A stretch of DNA of 58,215 bases, filler included, from Platydemus manokwari (GCA_037951405.1; 5 parts of 5 records of this genome joined end to end with filler, not necessarily neighbours in it); one strand, 5' to 3'. Positions 28,101-41,375 are shown, numbered from the whole stretch's first letter. Program-made: numbers and translations. The notes: generated by a model not told the origin, from the sequence alone.

Positions 28101-29080
28101 AATATCGTTAACAAAAACATTTTATTTAAATGAATTTTTAAATTTTAAATAATTTTTTAAAGTTTTAAACAAGAAAAATTACAAAAAATTTCTCGAAACA
28201 TTAAGTTGAAACGAAATTTTCATCGAATTCTGAAAATCGACCCCTCATTATGGGGGTTATAATTCAAGAGAATTTCAAACCAAAAAAGTACACAAATAAT
28301 CAAGAGATTTCTCACATTGATAGTTGATATAGATCATAAGTATATTGATCAAAAACCAGACTTCAGTTTGACCTTGAAAATCTACTTTTCAGTTTCGAAC
28401 AAAACAATAAAAAACAATACCACACACTCACACACATTTTCTCCAATACATATTTGAATTAAATGTCAAGAAGATTTAATATATTTTATTCAGATTTAAT
28501 ATATGTAATATATTTTTGTACGATATATATATATATGATTTAATATATTTTATTCAGATGGTATTTTGGAAAGATATTTTTTTCATTGTTTAACTGGTTC
28601 AATCAAGCCATTACACAATGAAAAAGATCAGTACTCGAATTTAATATTTTTTTTTTAAAGAAAAAATTCTCGCAAAAACATTTTCCCAATCAGGTATGAT
28701 GACGTCCATCAATTTTCCATTTATTTTTGGGAAAACAGGTTTTTTCGGATTTTTTTTATTAAAAAACCAACAGAAATTCGCCACGTTATTGTTGGTCATA
28801 AGTTTTTGAAAATAAATTAATTTTTTAAATGAAAATTACTGCTAGAAACAGATAAATTTATTGAATTTAAAAAAATTACGAGTTTTTGTCAACTCAATCA
28901 AGACAAAAAACCGACTCTGAAATGTGAAATAATTCATTGAATACTGAAGGTCATTCATTCTCGTCGGTATAACTCAATGAACTTTAACAAATGATAATGA
29001 TAATGGTGTATCGTTATGATGATATGTTGCCTGATAATTGCTGACGATACCAACAAAGGTTGTTGATCGATAAATAGATA

Positions 29081-29983
29081 TTATTCAAATAGGGCAACTA
29101 ATTCATCATCTAATAATTCACCTATTGCTGGAATCGAACACATAATCATATGGCTAGAACTTTTGGTTCCAGATCCAGTAGTTCATGAAGATTAACTCAA
29201 TTTTTCATCTCGTTTTCCTTTTATGCACACCAATTTCAAATGGAAATATGAACAACGGATATTTGTAATTGCTTCAGTAATTTCTATATTCTTGTATTAG
29301 ATTCGAAACACTGACTTTAATATCCTTAAGTGAGTCTGATTTAATCAAAATTTAAATTGTTTTTAACATTCCCCAATAAACCTTTTCATTTGAGACGCCA
29401 GTACTGATTTCAAAGTACCATTAATGATAATTTCGCTCTGACTGAAAACAACTGCCTTAAAGTATTCAATATATTTACGGTGAAATTATGATAACTTCGT
29501 GAAAATTGAGATTTCAGGTTGGAAATATATTATAATACATAATAACCGATGCTTCGAATTGAAGCAAGTCTTAAGATCGCATAATTGTTATTTGATGAAA
29601 AAGTTGTTAGAACAATACCTAGGAAATTTGTAAGAATAATTTTAAAAATACTTCCATTTAAACTACAAAATATACTTTTATTTCAAATATATTATCCAAT
29701 CAAAAAATAAATGTCTATCGACATGCAACCACGATTTTTGATTTAAAATATGAACATGATATTGGCAAAATAAAACCAGAAGTTACACTAGCACCCAAGC
29801 AACTACTATAGAGAATATATAACAAAAGTAATCCCTTATTTTATCAATAAAAAATTCATTTACTAACATTTTTAAATTATTTTTTTCTGAGATCAATGAA
29901 AGAAAACCTTATGAATTATAGGTAACAGCATCTATTCCAGATCATAGTCGGTGAATTATATTGTGATATCGATTACAAATTCC
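29081..29983 (-). pseudogene. Decayed multi-exon remnant resembling the C-terminal HEAT repeats of GCN1
   Basis: Successive exon-like pieces (FTDYDLE*MLLPII; SCLGASVTSGFILPISCSYFKSKIV; GIVLTTFSSNNNYAILRLASIRSIGYYVL*YI; IIINGTLKSVLASQMK; SLKDIKVSVSNLI; NLHELLDLE..GELLDDELVALFE*) are collinear with the recalled GCN1 C-terminus. Contains stops and frameshifts. Confidence 0.45.
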
Positions 29984-30574
29984 CTGAATCAATATTTTGA
30001 GACTATTTTTACCCAATTTTTTAAATAATAATATTATTACTGACATAATAATAATTGTTATTGTAATTCTCTTAATAATCATCATAGTATAGTATTATAA
30101 GTATAATAAAAATAATATTATAGAGTGGAAAGAGATGTTATGGTCTTTGTATTCAAATCACTTTAATAAATTTAGCTAGGCCATACTGGCCGAGGTACAG
30201 AAAAAATTAATTTCAAAATAAGAAGCTAATAAGTATATATAATTTCAAACAAAATTATGAATAAAATTAAGTGTAATATTTGGGTCACTAATCGATATCT
30301 ATGATATTACATCTAAGAAATTTATGTAAGTGTTGATTTCAATTAACTATCAAGACTAATTTATATCGTAGAATCCGTATTTTATGCTTATGGATTCATT
30401 AATTCTCGATTCACGTAATCAAATAATTTAATTAGGTTTTCGAATTTAAAATTTATGACACAATATTGATTTTCGAATTAATAATGATTTTTATAATGGA
30501 TATCATTATAAATTTACTGAAAACTACTTCAATTTCAACGTTACATCAAATATACAAATATAAAATCCCAATAC

Positions 30575-30961
30575 CTCTCCTTTGGTTAGCCTTAGTCTAT
30601 AACAGATATCACTGATTTCTTCTGTAGAACGATGGCCTGTCCGAACATATGATAAAATCGGTCCCATAGGAAGTCCGATAACCATTCCTTTAGCACTATA
30701 ATCTATCATTTTATTCATAAAAGCAGACTTTGTGCGATCACCTTAACGAATAAATATTATTCCTTTCAATTGGGATTCTTCAAGCTTACCGGAATAATAA
30801 TTAACAATGGGACCAATTATCGAAAATCCCAAAAATGAACCGAGTTGAATTGTTTTAAACGTCACATGGGTATATAATTCCAATCTCGGATTTTGTATAT
30901 CACTCATTTCTTCATCGCTTACTTCCTTTCCCAGAAACCGTTTGAATATATACGAATTCAT
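30575..30961 (-). CDS. DUF1757-like small membrane protein, first two exons (30961-30790, 30741-30575); terminal exon not identified
   Basis: Two ORFs in the track join through a 48-nt GTAAGC...TTAAG intron (30789-30742). Protein MNSYIFKRFLG..DIQNPRLELYTHVTFKTIQLGSFLG..GPILSY..EEISDICYRLRL matches my recollection of the DUF1757 pattern (P..E..HVT.K..Q; DRCYRLR). Donor GAG|GTATTG at 30574. Confidence 0.6.
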
Positions 30962-32031
30962 GTGATGTTGAATGAAATATTTACTAACTGATTGATTGAG
31001 AATCAATTATGATAGAATATATCGATAGCAACACACGTACGCACACACACACAAATAAAGTTTCACAATGACCAATTTCAGGTATCTGGAACTTATCAAT
31101 GAAGTCAACGCTTCAGCAGTCACAACATTTTTTTCAAATTCAAAAGACTTTTTTATAAGTGAACAAAATGGTATTTTATTTTGGATTGAAATGAATTGAT
31201 CGAGACAATATTTTTATGGTTATAATTTTATAAAGTTGTATTTTAATTTTAATCTTAAACCTACACAGTAAGTACGATATTAATATTTTAAAATTGATCT
31301 CCACGCATAGTCGTATTCAAGGTCAATTCTACACACATTATTACCATATTTACACAACACCAGGTCGATTTATATCATTGTTGTTACTATTATTATTTAG
31401 AGTTTGGTGTTTAATTTACTTTATTCTACTTATTCAACAGTAGCTCGTATAAATTAAAATAATATCTACTATTACCAGGTTTTTATTTGATGTATAATTT
31501 CGAAATTCAACACTTGACAGCTCTTTCTGACTGATGTTGTCAAATCTGTCCGTTTATTTGATTAATTTTTTATATGATAATTTCAAATTGTTATTACGAT
31601 GCCTGATAAACCAATCCAGCTGGTTATAGCTAGATGAAATTAAAGAGAAATCGAATTAAGTCGAAATTGGTACAATAAACATCAGTAAATCAATTTAAAA
31701 TGAATAATAAAATACGAAACTCATTGAATGCACACAATATAATTCATGGGATATAAATGAAATTGGATTATAATTGTTGCTGAGATTTTGTTTTAATGAA
31801 CAAATAAATGTTGTGATTTATGCTCATAATGTCTGTCTATTCGACTATTAGTAAAAATGGCCCCAATACAGTGATTTTCAACATCCGTGTGGATCAGCAA
31901 CCCTTTATAAATATCCGGTTCGTTTCGGAACCACATGACAATCATGACAACAATTTAGTTATTCATTTATAGTGAGCAAAGACAAGCAACTGAATGATTT
32001 TTTGAAGGCAAAGTGTAAATAATGTTGTAGG

Positions 32032-32954
32032 CAGTGTTCCTCCTTATTTTTGCAAGTCCCTTTAGCGCAATATTGGGTGCTGTGTAATGTATGACAAACT
32101 GAAATTAATTGTGTGCACTGTGCGCATAAGATTGAACATAAGGCAAGAAAACAATTCATTCATTTTATAGACTCTTTATTTCTTTACAAGACTAATAGCA
32201 GGGATACAGTAAATCGTTGAAGAGCTACAATAAGACAATTACTTAAATCAAATAAATTGTACATTCTACTTCTTGTTTGTGTCAATTATGTACAAACCTT
32301 CTAATATTTTTCTCTTGTCTTGTGCCTGTACTCATGTTTTGTACACACAATCTAAATCAGCCACACAATTTCTTTGAATATAGCTATTAATTCTTACAAT
32401 CATGTCCAGATGCACATCATCAATTCTATTTCTTTGCTTGGTGTAAGTGGAATTCACAGTCTGCACTTGACGCCATAAATGTCCCAGCAATGTCCAATAA
32501 CTTTGCCAAATCAGAATATTCTTGACTTTTAAAAACAAATTACACAAATTCTAGAAAAATGTTCACAGGTTTTGATTTCAATTATCTTTGAGCATAATAT
32601 TTGAAATTATTGTACTGTTCTCTTTTAACTCGTCCTGGAGCAGTAAGAAAAACCTAATATTTCAGATATAAGGGGCAGTTTATCACACCATGTACGATTA
32701 TCACGAATTTACGTAGTCCTTGTTTGCAACAATCATAAAACTATACTTAAATAATATTTTTTCGTTGCTGAAGAAATAAAAATACCATTCTAAAAACCGA
32801 TATTTAATTAAAGTTTTTGACATTGAGCTAGTATTTTGTTCTCAGTAAGAAACTTTTGTGCTCTGAAGTTTTCATTTTGTGTCCGCAGATATTTTACAAT
32901 TGTGCGCACCGGTTTTCCTTGTATGCGCACGCACACAGCTCACAGGGAGCATTG
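32032..32954 (-). mobile_element. hAT-superfamily non-autonomous element with C-terminal transposase remnant
   Basis: Termini CAGTGTTCC ... GGGAGCATTG; perfect 8-bp TSD GTTGTAGG (32024-32031, 32955-32962). ORF 32332-32547 has NSTYTKQRNRIDDVHLDMIVRIN, typical of the hAT dimerisation tail. Confidence 0.85.
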
Positions 32955-35477
32955 GTTGTAGGGTAGAAAAACTGATGAAGATTTGGACTGTGTTTTGTTC
33001 TTTTGTCTAATTGAAAACGGGATGCAAACAAGTGACTCATGGAATCTTGGTTAGTAACCATTGCTATATTAGAAGCGGAAGATGATAAAAAATCAATTTA
33101 TTGCACTTTTTTGCAAAGGTCATTACATGGTTTATAAATAGGTGAAATAATGACGATTTTCATGTCTATCATGGATTTTATCACGAGTGTGGTTATTGCA
33201 AAATCTCAAACTATTATTTAACAAATAAGTATTCGTTTAACTATTAATACAAAAAGTTCAAATATTGATTTTAATTGTAATAAATATAGATTTTTTCAAA
33301 TAATATTGAAAAATTCAAACACTGACTGTACTAAAGAGAAGATTATATATGATTTTATCAAATTATTTAAATTTGATTTTAAAATTTGGCGTAATTTTGA
33401 GGTGATTAAAGTTTTATTTATAAAAATAAGGAAATTAGAGCAAATTTTATCGATTGATTTTTAAAAATGATAGAATATTTTATGAATCTAATTGTTAAGA
33501 ACAAAGATGAAAAAATGAAAAAAATGAATAAAAATCAACGAGAACATGATTTATGTATGATTGTTGACGTCCATAACAATCGCCGGATTTTTCCATTTCA
33601 CCAAAAGTGGGAGTTAGGAAGAGGAATACTGTATATGTGAATGTTACGTGCGTGTTTGTATATGTGTTAGAGTAAAATTAAGAACTGTTAAAATTAATAA
33701 TTTACGAGGTAACATGTGCAATTAAATTGAGAAGTCTAATATTAATAACCAGTGCCGTAAAATAAATATGTTAAATAATCGATACAAAAGTTCACTACCT
33801 AGAATAAGTGACTGAATAGCTGATGAGTAATGTAACAAATCAGCAACGAATAAATTTCAATTAACAGTACTGATAAAATTAAAAAAAAAGAAAATGCAAC
33901 ACGTTGCCAAGTGAAAAAAATTCCAATGAAATAATTTTAATAAATTATGAGGAATAAATGAAACTTATGCAGTGAATTTGATGAGTAAATAAATATTATA
34001 ACTCATATTGAAACCTAACTTGTTTAATCAGACATACCTTAATAACCAGAGGTGCGAAGCTCCTAAAAATAGTACGAAATCAATGCACTTTGACTTTTCA
34101 ACAAAAGTTTCAGAGCACAAAGAACAATAATCATTGCGAGCAATATCGTATGCTTACGCAATACAGAAGTCTTAAACAGTTGGAGCAGGTCATTGTATAG
34201 TTAAAATGGGCAGAATCAGGTTCTGTGCTTGTAGTTCAAAACCGTTTATGAATCTTGTTCCATTTTGTTGACAATAGCTAATAGTAATTGAATGAACTCA
34301 CCCATTTAAACTTGGTGAGTGCTGAAAATTTGAAATACATTAGAGGTAAACAATCAACCATTGCTGCTATTCATAAATGACACACGACCCCAACATCTGG
34401 CTACATTAACATCCGCAAGATCGTAATCGAAAAGACTCAACAAACCAACCAAAACCATTGGTAAAATCCGTCCACAGTCAGTCTACTTTAAACAAAAAAT
34501 TAGTTTTTGTTTTTCTGGCTCGAGATCATAATCTGATCTAACCCAAAGGTATTGATTAGTAGATTCCTGGTTACCAATAATCATTAGTGTATTTTATGCG
34601 TGTTTGTGTGTACCTGTAGACGGTGAAGATTCAACAAATAACTATATATATATATATTTAACGTACAATAAAGTAGACCGTGGAAATACTTATCGTGGAA
34701 CCAATTAGAATTCCTAAGTTCTAAATGAACATTATTGATTGAGTAATTTCCCAAATTAAAACATCGATAGAAGTTTATTCCAATACCAAAATTTACAAAT
34801 GAAAGAAGATCCCTATTTTATTCTCAAATTTTCTAACTCACCCCAAAATCTGTCGACATTTAACAAGGAAAAATAATTATCAAAAACACAACAGCGACTG
34901 GAAACCGATTATTGAGAATCAGAATTCTGGCTGGGTTTACCACAGTTTTTAATGACATATTGGTAATTATAATTGGCTTATTGAATATTTTATAATCAAT
35001 AAATTTAATTTTCGGTTTACAAAAATCCGCATGACAGAATTGAACGGAAATTTATCGAATTACAATAGTCTGATCGAGATTTTATGTTTATGGGTAATGA
35101 ATATTTGATCTCACGTACATTTTGAAAATAGTATTGGACAATGTGCCTTTAGCGCTATTTTTAAAATTGTATTTTAGTTACAGAAAATATATAAGTTAAA
35201 AAACTCAAAGCTCCGAATCAAGAACCATAAATAATGTCAGTAAACACTAGTAGCACAGAATCCAAATCTATTGTTCCCTTACAGTTTCCTCTTTACCTGA
35301 TTTGTATTACTACCAATTTACTTATCAGATTGTCTAAATCGTTACTTGATATCCTGTAGGAAATATCAAGAAATAATATTTGAAAATCTTGATTTAAAAA
35401 ATTTGCATTCATTCTTGCCAAAAATTTACTCCAAATTCAATCTTTTTTGTCTTTTTGAATTCAAATATTTAAAATAT

Positions 35478-35608
35478 ATTGATTTGTTTATTGTATTGAT
35501 TTATTGTATTGATTTATGTATATATTGATTTATGTATATATTGATTTATGTATATATTGATTTAATTATGTATATATTGTATTGATTCATATTTGTATTC
35601 ATTTATTG
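35478..35608. repeat. Minisatellite, unit about ATTGATTTATGTATAT (16 bp)
   Basis: Three perfect units plus degenerate flanking units. Confidence 0.85.
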
Positions 35609-35738
35609 GCCATAGATGAAAAAGAAATTGATTTTTATTTCAGGATTTTCACAGGAACGAATCTAAGTATTAATCATTTTTAACACAGTGCAATACTATT
35701 ATATAGTTTATTTCTTAATTTTTATAAAATGTTTTTTC

Positions 35739-36337
35739 GGCTAAAATTAAGAAAAGGAGTTCTAAAATAAAAATTTTTGAGTGCATCGCAAAAATCTATA
35801 TAGTTTATTTAATTTAAAGTATTAAAAATATTTTGAATTTTTTATTTAAGTACTTAAGAAGAATTTTAGTTGTTTGAAATCAAATATTAAATAGGCTAGT
35901 GCTTAAAAATCTCCTAAAATTTGAATATTTGAAAAAATGAAAATAGTAGGTCGAATTGCAATTTATTGAAAATTAGCGAGGGCCCATTTTTAACATTGGA
36001 AACAAATTGAGAGATATTCTCAATTTTTAAAATTATTTTATAAAAATAAGCAATGATATTATTAAACATGCCTGTAACTAACTACCTCGATTTATAATTA
36101 AAAAATTTAAATTAAAAAAATCAAATAATAATATAGAACTGCTGGGATTAGAATGGGAACTTAGTTTGAAAACTGTGTTTTGCGCCTATTAGACATCCTA
36201 AATAGTAGAATATTAACTGAATTATAAAAATAAATCAAACATCGCAATTATATATAAAATTAAGTTATAAAATTATCTCATGCGTGAAAATTCATTTTAC
36301 TAAAATAGGTTAAAAGACCCCTTTATTAACTTAAGAC
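35739..36337. mobile_element. Same MITE family, about 600-bp copy
   Basis: GGCTAAAATTAAGAAAAGGAG ... GACCCCTTTATTAACTTAAGAC; shares AGTAGGTCGAATTGCAATTTATTGAAAATTA with the 27621 copy; no clear TSD. Confidence 0.82.
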
Positions 36338-37359
36338 GCTAACTTTAATCAAATATCTAAACAAGTATTCGATTTTTTTGTTTTAACTTCAAATTATGAT
36401 AAAAATATGCTTCAAGCAGACGATTTTAGTTTAATTTAGTTTGATTTAAACCGGATTGGAATAATTTTTAATATTGTTTTTGATATTAATTTCTATTATC
36501 ATATGATTTGGATATGATTTACAAATTGAAGAAATTTCTTGTTATCGAATTCTCTATTATTTTATACATTATCTATCTATGTTTCTTCTCTAAGTATTGT
36601 TGAAATGAGGCGAAATCTTACAAAAGAAATAACGGATTTATACTTTGAAATAATTTTTTTACCCCTTTAAGCATTTGCATGCCTAGACAACCATAAAAGC
36701 ATGGCAATCAACTAATCACCTCTAAGTTAGATGGAAAACGATAATTTGAAAAATGGACATAGCCACACAGCAACACACACACATAAGGATTAACCAATCC
36801 CGAACATAAAAAATAATAAGTCGAACAGAATCTCGAGAAAGTAAAGATAAAATAAAAATGTCATACCGACGCGACACAAAATTATAAACAAATCTCAAGT
36901 ATAAATAATGACGTAAAGATGCCCAACTGCCAGGTAAATGGCAAGTTTTGGTTATATTTTTGGAATACTTTGTGAGTCGTACTGATTAGTACTTGAATTA
37001 GAAATAAAGTTTTTAATTTTCGATTTTGGTGTCAGCATATATTGAACTATTCAGATTTTAGTCCTCAACGATATTCATCTATTAGTTAATATCTATTCAT
37101 TCTTAATATCTTATATTTCCTATATGTATTCTTCTATATTTTTATAACATTGATTTTCAAAAAAAAATACCCAAATGAGTAGTCGTAATGTTAGTTGCTA
37201 CCATTTTATAAATGCGAATTGAAAACTTAAAAATTTTCAAACCACAAAGTATATTCAATCCAAATATTTATGTAAATTTAATTTATCAATTATATTATTT
37301 GATATCAATATATTTTCTATTTGAAATGGTCATTTTAATATTAAATAATTTTAAATTCC

Positions 37360-37459
37360 NNNNNNNNNNNNNNNNNNNNNNNNNNNNNNNNNNNNNNNNN
37401 NNNTTAATTAATTAANNNNNNNNNNNNNNNNNNNNNNNNNNNNNNNNNNNNNNNNNNNN
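37360..37459. other. Artificial assembly spacer
   Basis: Same N44-TTAATTAATTAA-N44 structure. Confidence 0.97.
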
Positions 37460-37547
37460 AATAACAATAATAATAATAATAATAATTATAATTATAATAA
37501 TAATAATAATATTGTTATTAGTGAGTTTATATTTTTCAAAATTTTAG

Positions 37548-40220
37548 CTTACTCTTGGATACATGGAAGGAAAAATGCATGTCGATTTGAGTGATTATTG
37601 GAAAAGTGGAAGTTGGTATATTGTTGATTGTCCTTCACGGATGGACAATATAACAGGAGCAGATCAATCTCCCGAAACCCAAATCATTTACACCATTATT
37701 CTTCAAAGGAAAAGTCTCTTTTATACTGTCAATCTTATTATTCCTTGTGTACTAATTTCTTTACTAACTGTATGTGTCTTCTATTTACCAGCAGATGCAG
37801 GTGAGAAAATGACACTTTCAATTTCAATTTTATTATCTTTAGTGGTTTTTTTACTTTTAATCAGTAGAATTCTTCCACCAACTTCTTCTTCCATTCCTCT
37901 TATAAGCAAGTTTTTATTATTTACATTTATAATGAATATTTTCACTATTACTATCACTGTTATGATTATAAACTGGAATTTTCGTTCTCCAAACACTCAC
38001 CAAATGTCATCGTTGATTAGAAAATGGTTCATAGAAGTGCTTCCAAAGTTTTTAATGATGGAAAGGCCCGAAAGAAAATACTCAATGTCTTCAAAACCAA
38101 TGAATGTAAAACCAGTCAAATCTAGTAAAACAAACAATAACATTGATTATATTGCATATAATCCATCTGCATTCATATATTCTCCATCATTCTTGAGGAA
38201 GTCTTATCAATCGTTATCTCAAGAAATTATCAATTCAGATAATACTAATAATTCGGAAAATAATCTTTTTGCCAACCCATGGAATAGTTATCGTCATATA
38301 TCTCACCATACATTTGACAGCGATAGTGACAAAATTCGGGTAGATAAAAAAAGTAAATGTACTTGTTCAGCTTCGGCGAATAATATTTCTCACAATTATT
38401 TTGAAAAAATTCGTTGCAACAATTTCGAATGCCAATCATCCCCATCAGATATATCTGTTAATGATGCATCATTTGATCAAAGAAAAGATTCTCGTCGATA
38501 TCATTCTCCTAAGCCATTGAGAATCTCTGATAAGATGCGCACAGCAATTTCTGCTATAAACTTTATCTCCGAACATCTGGACATGGAAGAAAACAATAAA
38601 AAGGTAACGCTGAAAAATTTAATTATTTTTAAATATTAAATAATCTAATGTTTCGTGTTTTCAAAATCCTGGCCATGAATATAAATTTTCAGAAGAATAT
38701 AATTTCAAAAAAAATTTTTTTCTTAAAATCTTATTCAAGACTCAATAATTATTTTTATTTTTCATTTAATTATAAGAAAAACAAGAAATATTACTGAATT
38801 TATTAGTAGACTTTTTTCGTCTTTTCAATTCTTTAAAATAGAAAAATATATTCTAAAATAGATTATTGTTTTCCTATGTCTGCGACGTTATGAATTTTTT
38901 ATGTAATAAAATTAGTTTAAAAAATAATATGCAATTGAATTTGGTTAAGATTATCTCGCTTTATGTCGCCCAGATCCAATGTTAATTAAGATTTTTCTAT
39001 AAATAACTAATAATTCATATAATTTAATATCATCTAGTTCAATATTTGTATTCAATTGATATCTCTAGAAGAAAATTATTTGAATTTTTTGAATTTTATA
39101 ATCTCACTTCGACAAATATGGTTAAATTTAAAAACCTGGTTTGATGAAAAATTATATTAATGGTTAACAAGAAACGGGTGTATTAATTTGTCTAATTAAG
39201 ATAGGTGACAAGACTAAGATTTTCCGTTCATTTTATATTGTTCTTAACTAATGATAATAAAGAGTAGAATCAGTCCTTGACATTCATACCCTAACAGGCG
39301 TCATACCCATTCAAATATCAGCTAGTGTAGCGAGCTATGCGTGATGGTATGGAATCAAAGTCTGATTCTGTTCTCTATTCATAATTATCAGTTTTTAATA
39401 AATTTTTATTAATTATTTTAGTTATTATTTTAGAAACTTAGCTACAAACACTTTTTTCCGGATTGGTTGATTTGGTAGTAATCGAAATAATTGTATAGGA
39501 TATTGTTTTTCAATTTTTTTGTGGGTATGAAACCATTCAATAACACCCATTTCAACTTGTTTTGTTCTTAAAATAGCACATTAATATGTTGAAAAATAAT
39601 GTAAATCTAACGCTACATTTAATTACCCGATATCGTAAAAAATATGTGCGCTTATTGAATACGGTGTTTGACAATAACATAGATGACACTGTGCTTGGTA
39701 GTTTTGGTTTAGTTACATTGTTCAAACTTGAGTTACACAAGCAAACAAAAATCCATTTTTGAAGGAAAGACAAATTAAAGATGTTAGAAAAGTTTCAGAT
39801 ACAGTTCCTGTTTTGTTCTTTTGTCTAACTGGAAACGATTTTGTCTATGAGGAACTCAATAAATTCCATAGAACTTTTGTTGAATACCATTGATTAAGAT
39901 GACTTCCTGAATTATCGTTTCAAGACAAATAACAACTAGTTAATGATCCTCTTTTAGTTATTCAAATTTAACAACGAAACGATCATCCCAACTTGTATGT
40001 AAACTAATAACCATTTTTATTTTCTATGTGCTTTTATTTTGTATTTTAGATCATGCAAGATTGGAAATACGTGGCTGCAGTATTTGATAGAATTCAACTA
40101 GTTATATTCACCATTGTGACTATAGCTGGCACAATGGGAATTTTGCTCAAGGCGATTTATATTTTAGAAAATGTAGATGAAAATCAAGTAATCAAAAAGT
40201 ACTCAGCTCCTTCCTTGTAA
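37548..40220 (+). CDS. Nicotinic acetylcholine receptor non-alpha (beta1/UNC-29-like) subunit, last two exons 37548-38603 and 40050-40220; N-terminal exons absent
   Basis: VDLSDYWKSGSW, RKSLFYTVNLIIPC (pre-M1), YLPADAGEKMTLSISILLSLVVFLLL (M2), NWNFRSPNTH (post-M3). Final exon IMQDWKYVAAVFDRIQLVIF (M4) ends in TAA 40218-40220. No vicinal CC in loop C. Confidence 0.94.
39174..39551. mobile_element. Palindromic MITE-like element in the last nAChR intron
   Basis: Outer ACGGGTGTATT / AATAACACCCAT and inner arms AGAGTAGAATCAGTCCTTGACATTCATACC / GGTATGGAATCAAAGTCTGATTCTGTTCTCT. Confidence 0.5.
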
Positions 40221-40819
40221 AATTATATTCAATTTTAAATTTTATTAATATTTATTTGATTTTCACTGTTTAATAAATATTATATGGTTTTATTTTGTGT
40301 AACGTATTGGCGATGTATATATTTTTTTAAGATTTATTTCGTTATATTATTATTAATTAGTTTTGAATATACGAAAACCTTAATGTCATAATAAATGATT
40401 AGAATATCATGTTTTTAAATATTTAACAATTCGATTTCTTACTGTTAAACATACTCGTTTGAAATCAAATCTCATGCTTTATGTTTTATATATTACATTA
40501 TCTTTACAAAATTACAACACTTTATTTGATAAACCTTTACAATTTTTTGAACTACAATTATCTCCTGGCTGAAATTGCTTTTTGAAACCAGAAAAAATAA
40601 GAAAATTGACAATGGAAAACAATTCCTCTATGTAATTTGAAGTTTTGTTGAATTTTTAAATTCATAATCAGTTTAGATTGATTATCTTAAATGGGAACGA
40701 TATAGACCATAATGAGTATTTCAAAAATATATCACTATAAGAGCAGTCCTGATAAGGAAATGTTGTAAATTTTAATTAAAATCTCTGAAATTTGAAAATC
40801 AGTCATTTACTATTTCGTG

Positions 40820-41375
40820 AAGTATTTGTAAATTAATACAATACATAACTCGCTCCCATGTAATCACATACCAGAAATTTAGCACACAAGAAGTCACTGA
40901 AAACTACGTATGCTGGTTTTCCATATGTTAATAAAGGCTACGTGGATGTATATACTTAGGCTTGGTTCTATAGTTATCGGTTCTTATTAACAAAAACTCA
41001 AGATTTTTGTAATACGTATATTTATGGCTAATATTAAATAGATTTCTGTACAAAGGTTTAATCAAACACGAAAAGTTAAATCCATTTAGTAAATCAATGT
41101 AGGACGGTTCCTTCATACTATTTTGCAATTTTTATAAACTTCACTCCATAATTGGTAAGGCAAACACTTTTACTGAACCACTACAGCACAGTACAATAGT
41201 TAATATAGACTTTCAGACTACAAGCATCTGAACCCCCTATAAATTATTATAAACATAATATCTTACTAGTTTCTTTCTTTATTCTTGAAATGGCTAAGTC
41301 AATGTTTAGCCTCACTGTTGATAAATTATTTTCGATGCATACTTATTGGTGTGCTTGACAGCAATTTGCTTAAAT
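40820..41375 (-). pseudogene. Decayed coding remnant, possibly GT92/DUF23 glycosyltransferase
   Basis: Fragments CQAHQ*VCIENNLSTVRLNIDL and LIRTDNYRTKPKYIHPRSLY*HMENQH loosely follow the GT92 order (Q..DC...DxD then R.K.I.P..V...H). Weak, by eye only. Confidence 0.25.

Noticed and set aside
30743-30745. In-frame TAA read-through between the two DUF1757-like ORFs
   Set aside because: The stop lies inside a canonical 48-nt GT-AG intron.
35478-35608. CRISPR-like array
   Set aside because: No unique spacers, eukaryotic context; simple minisatellite.
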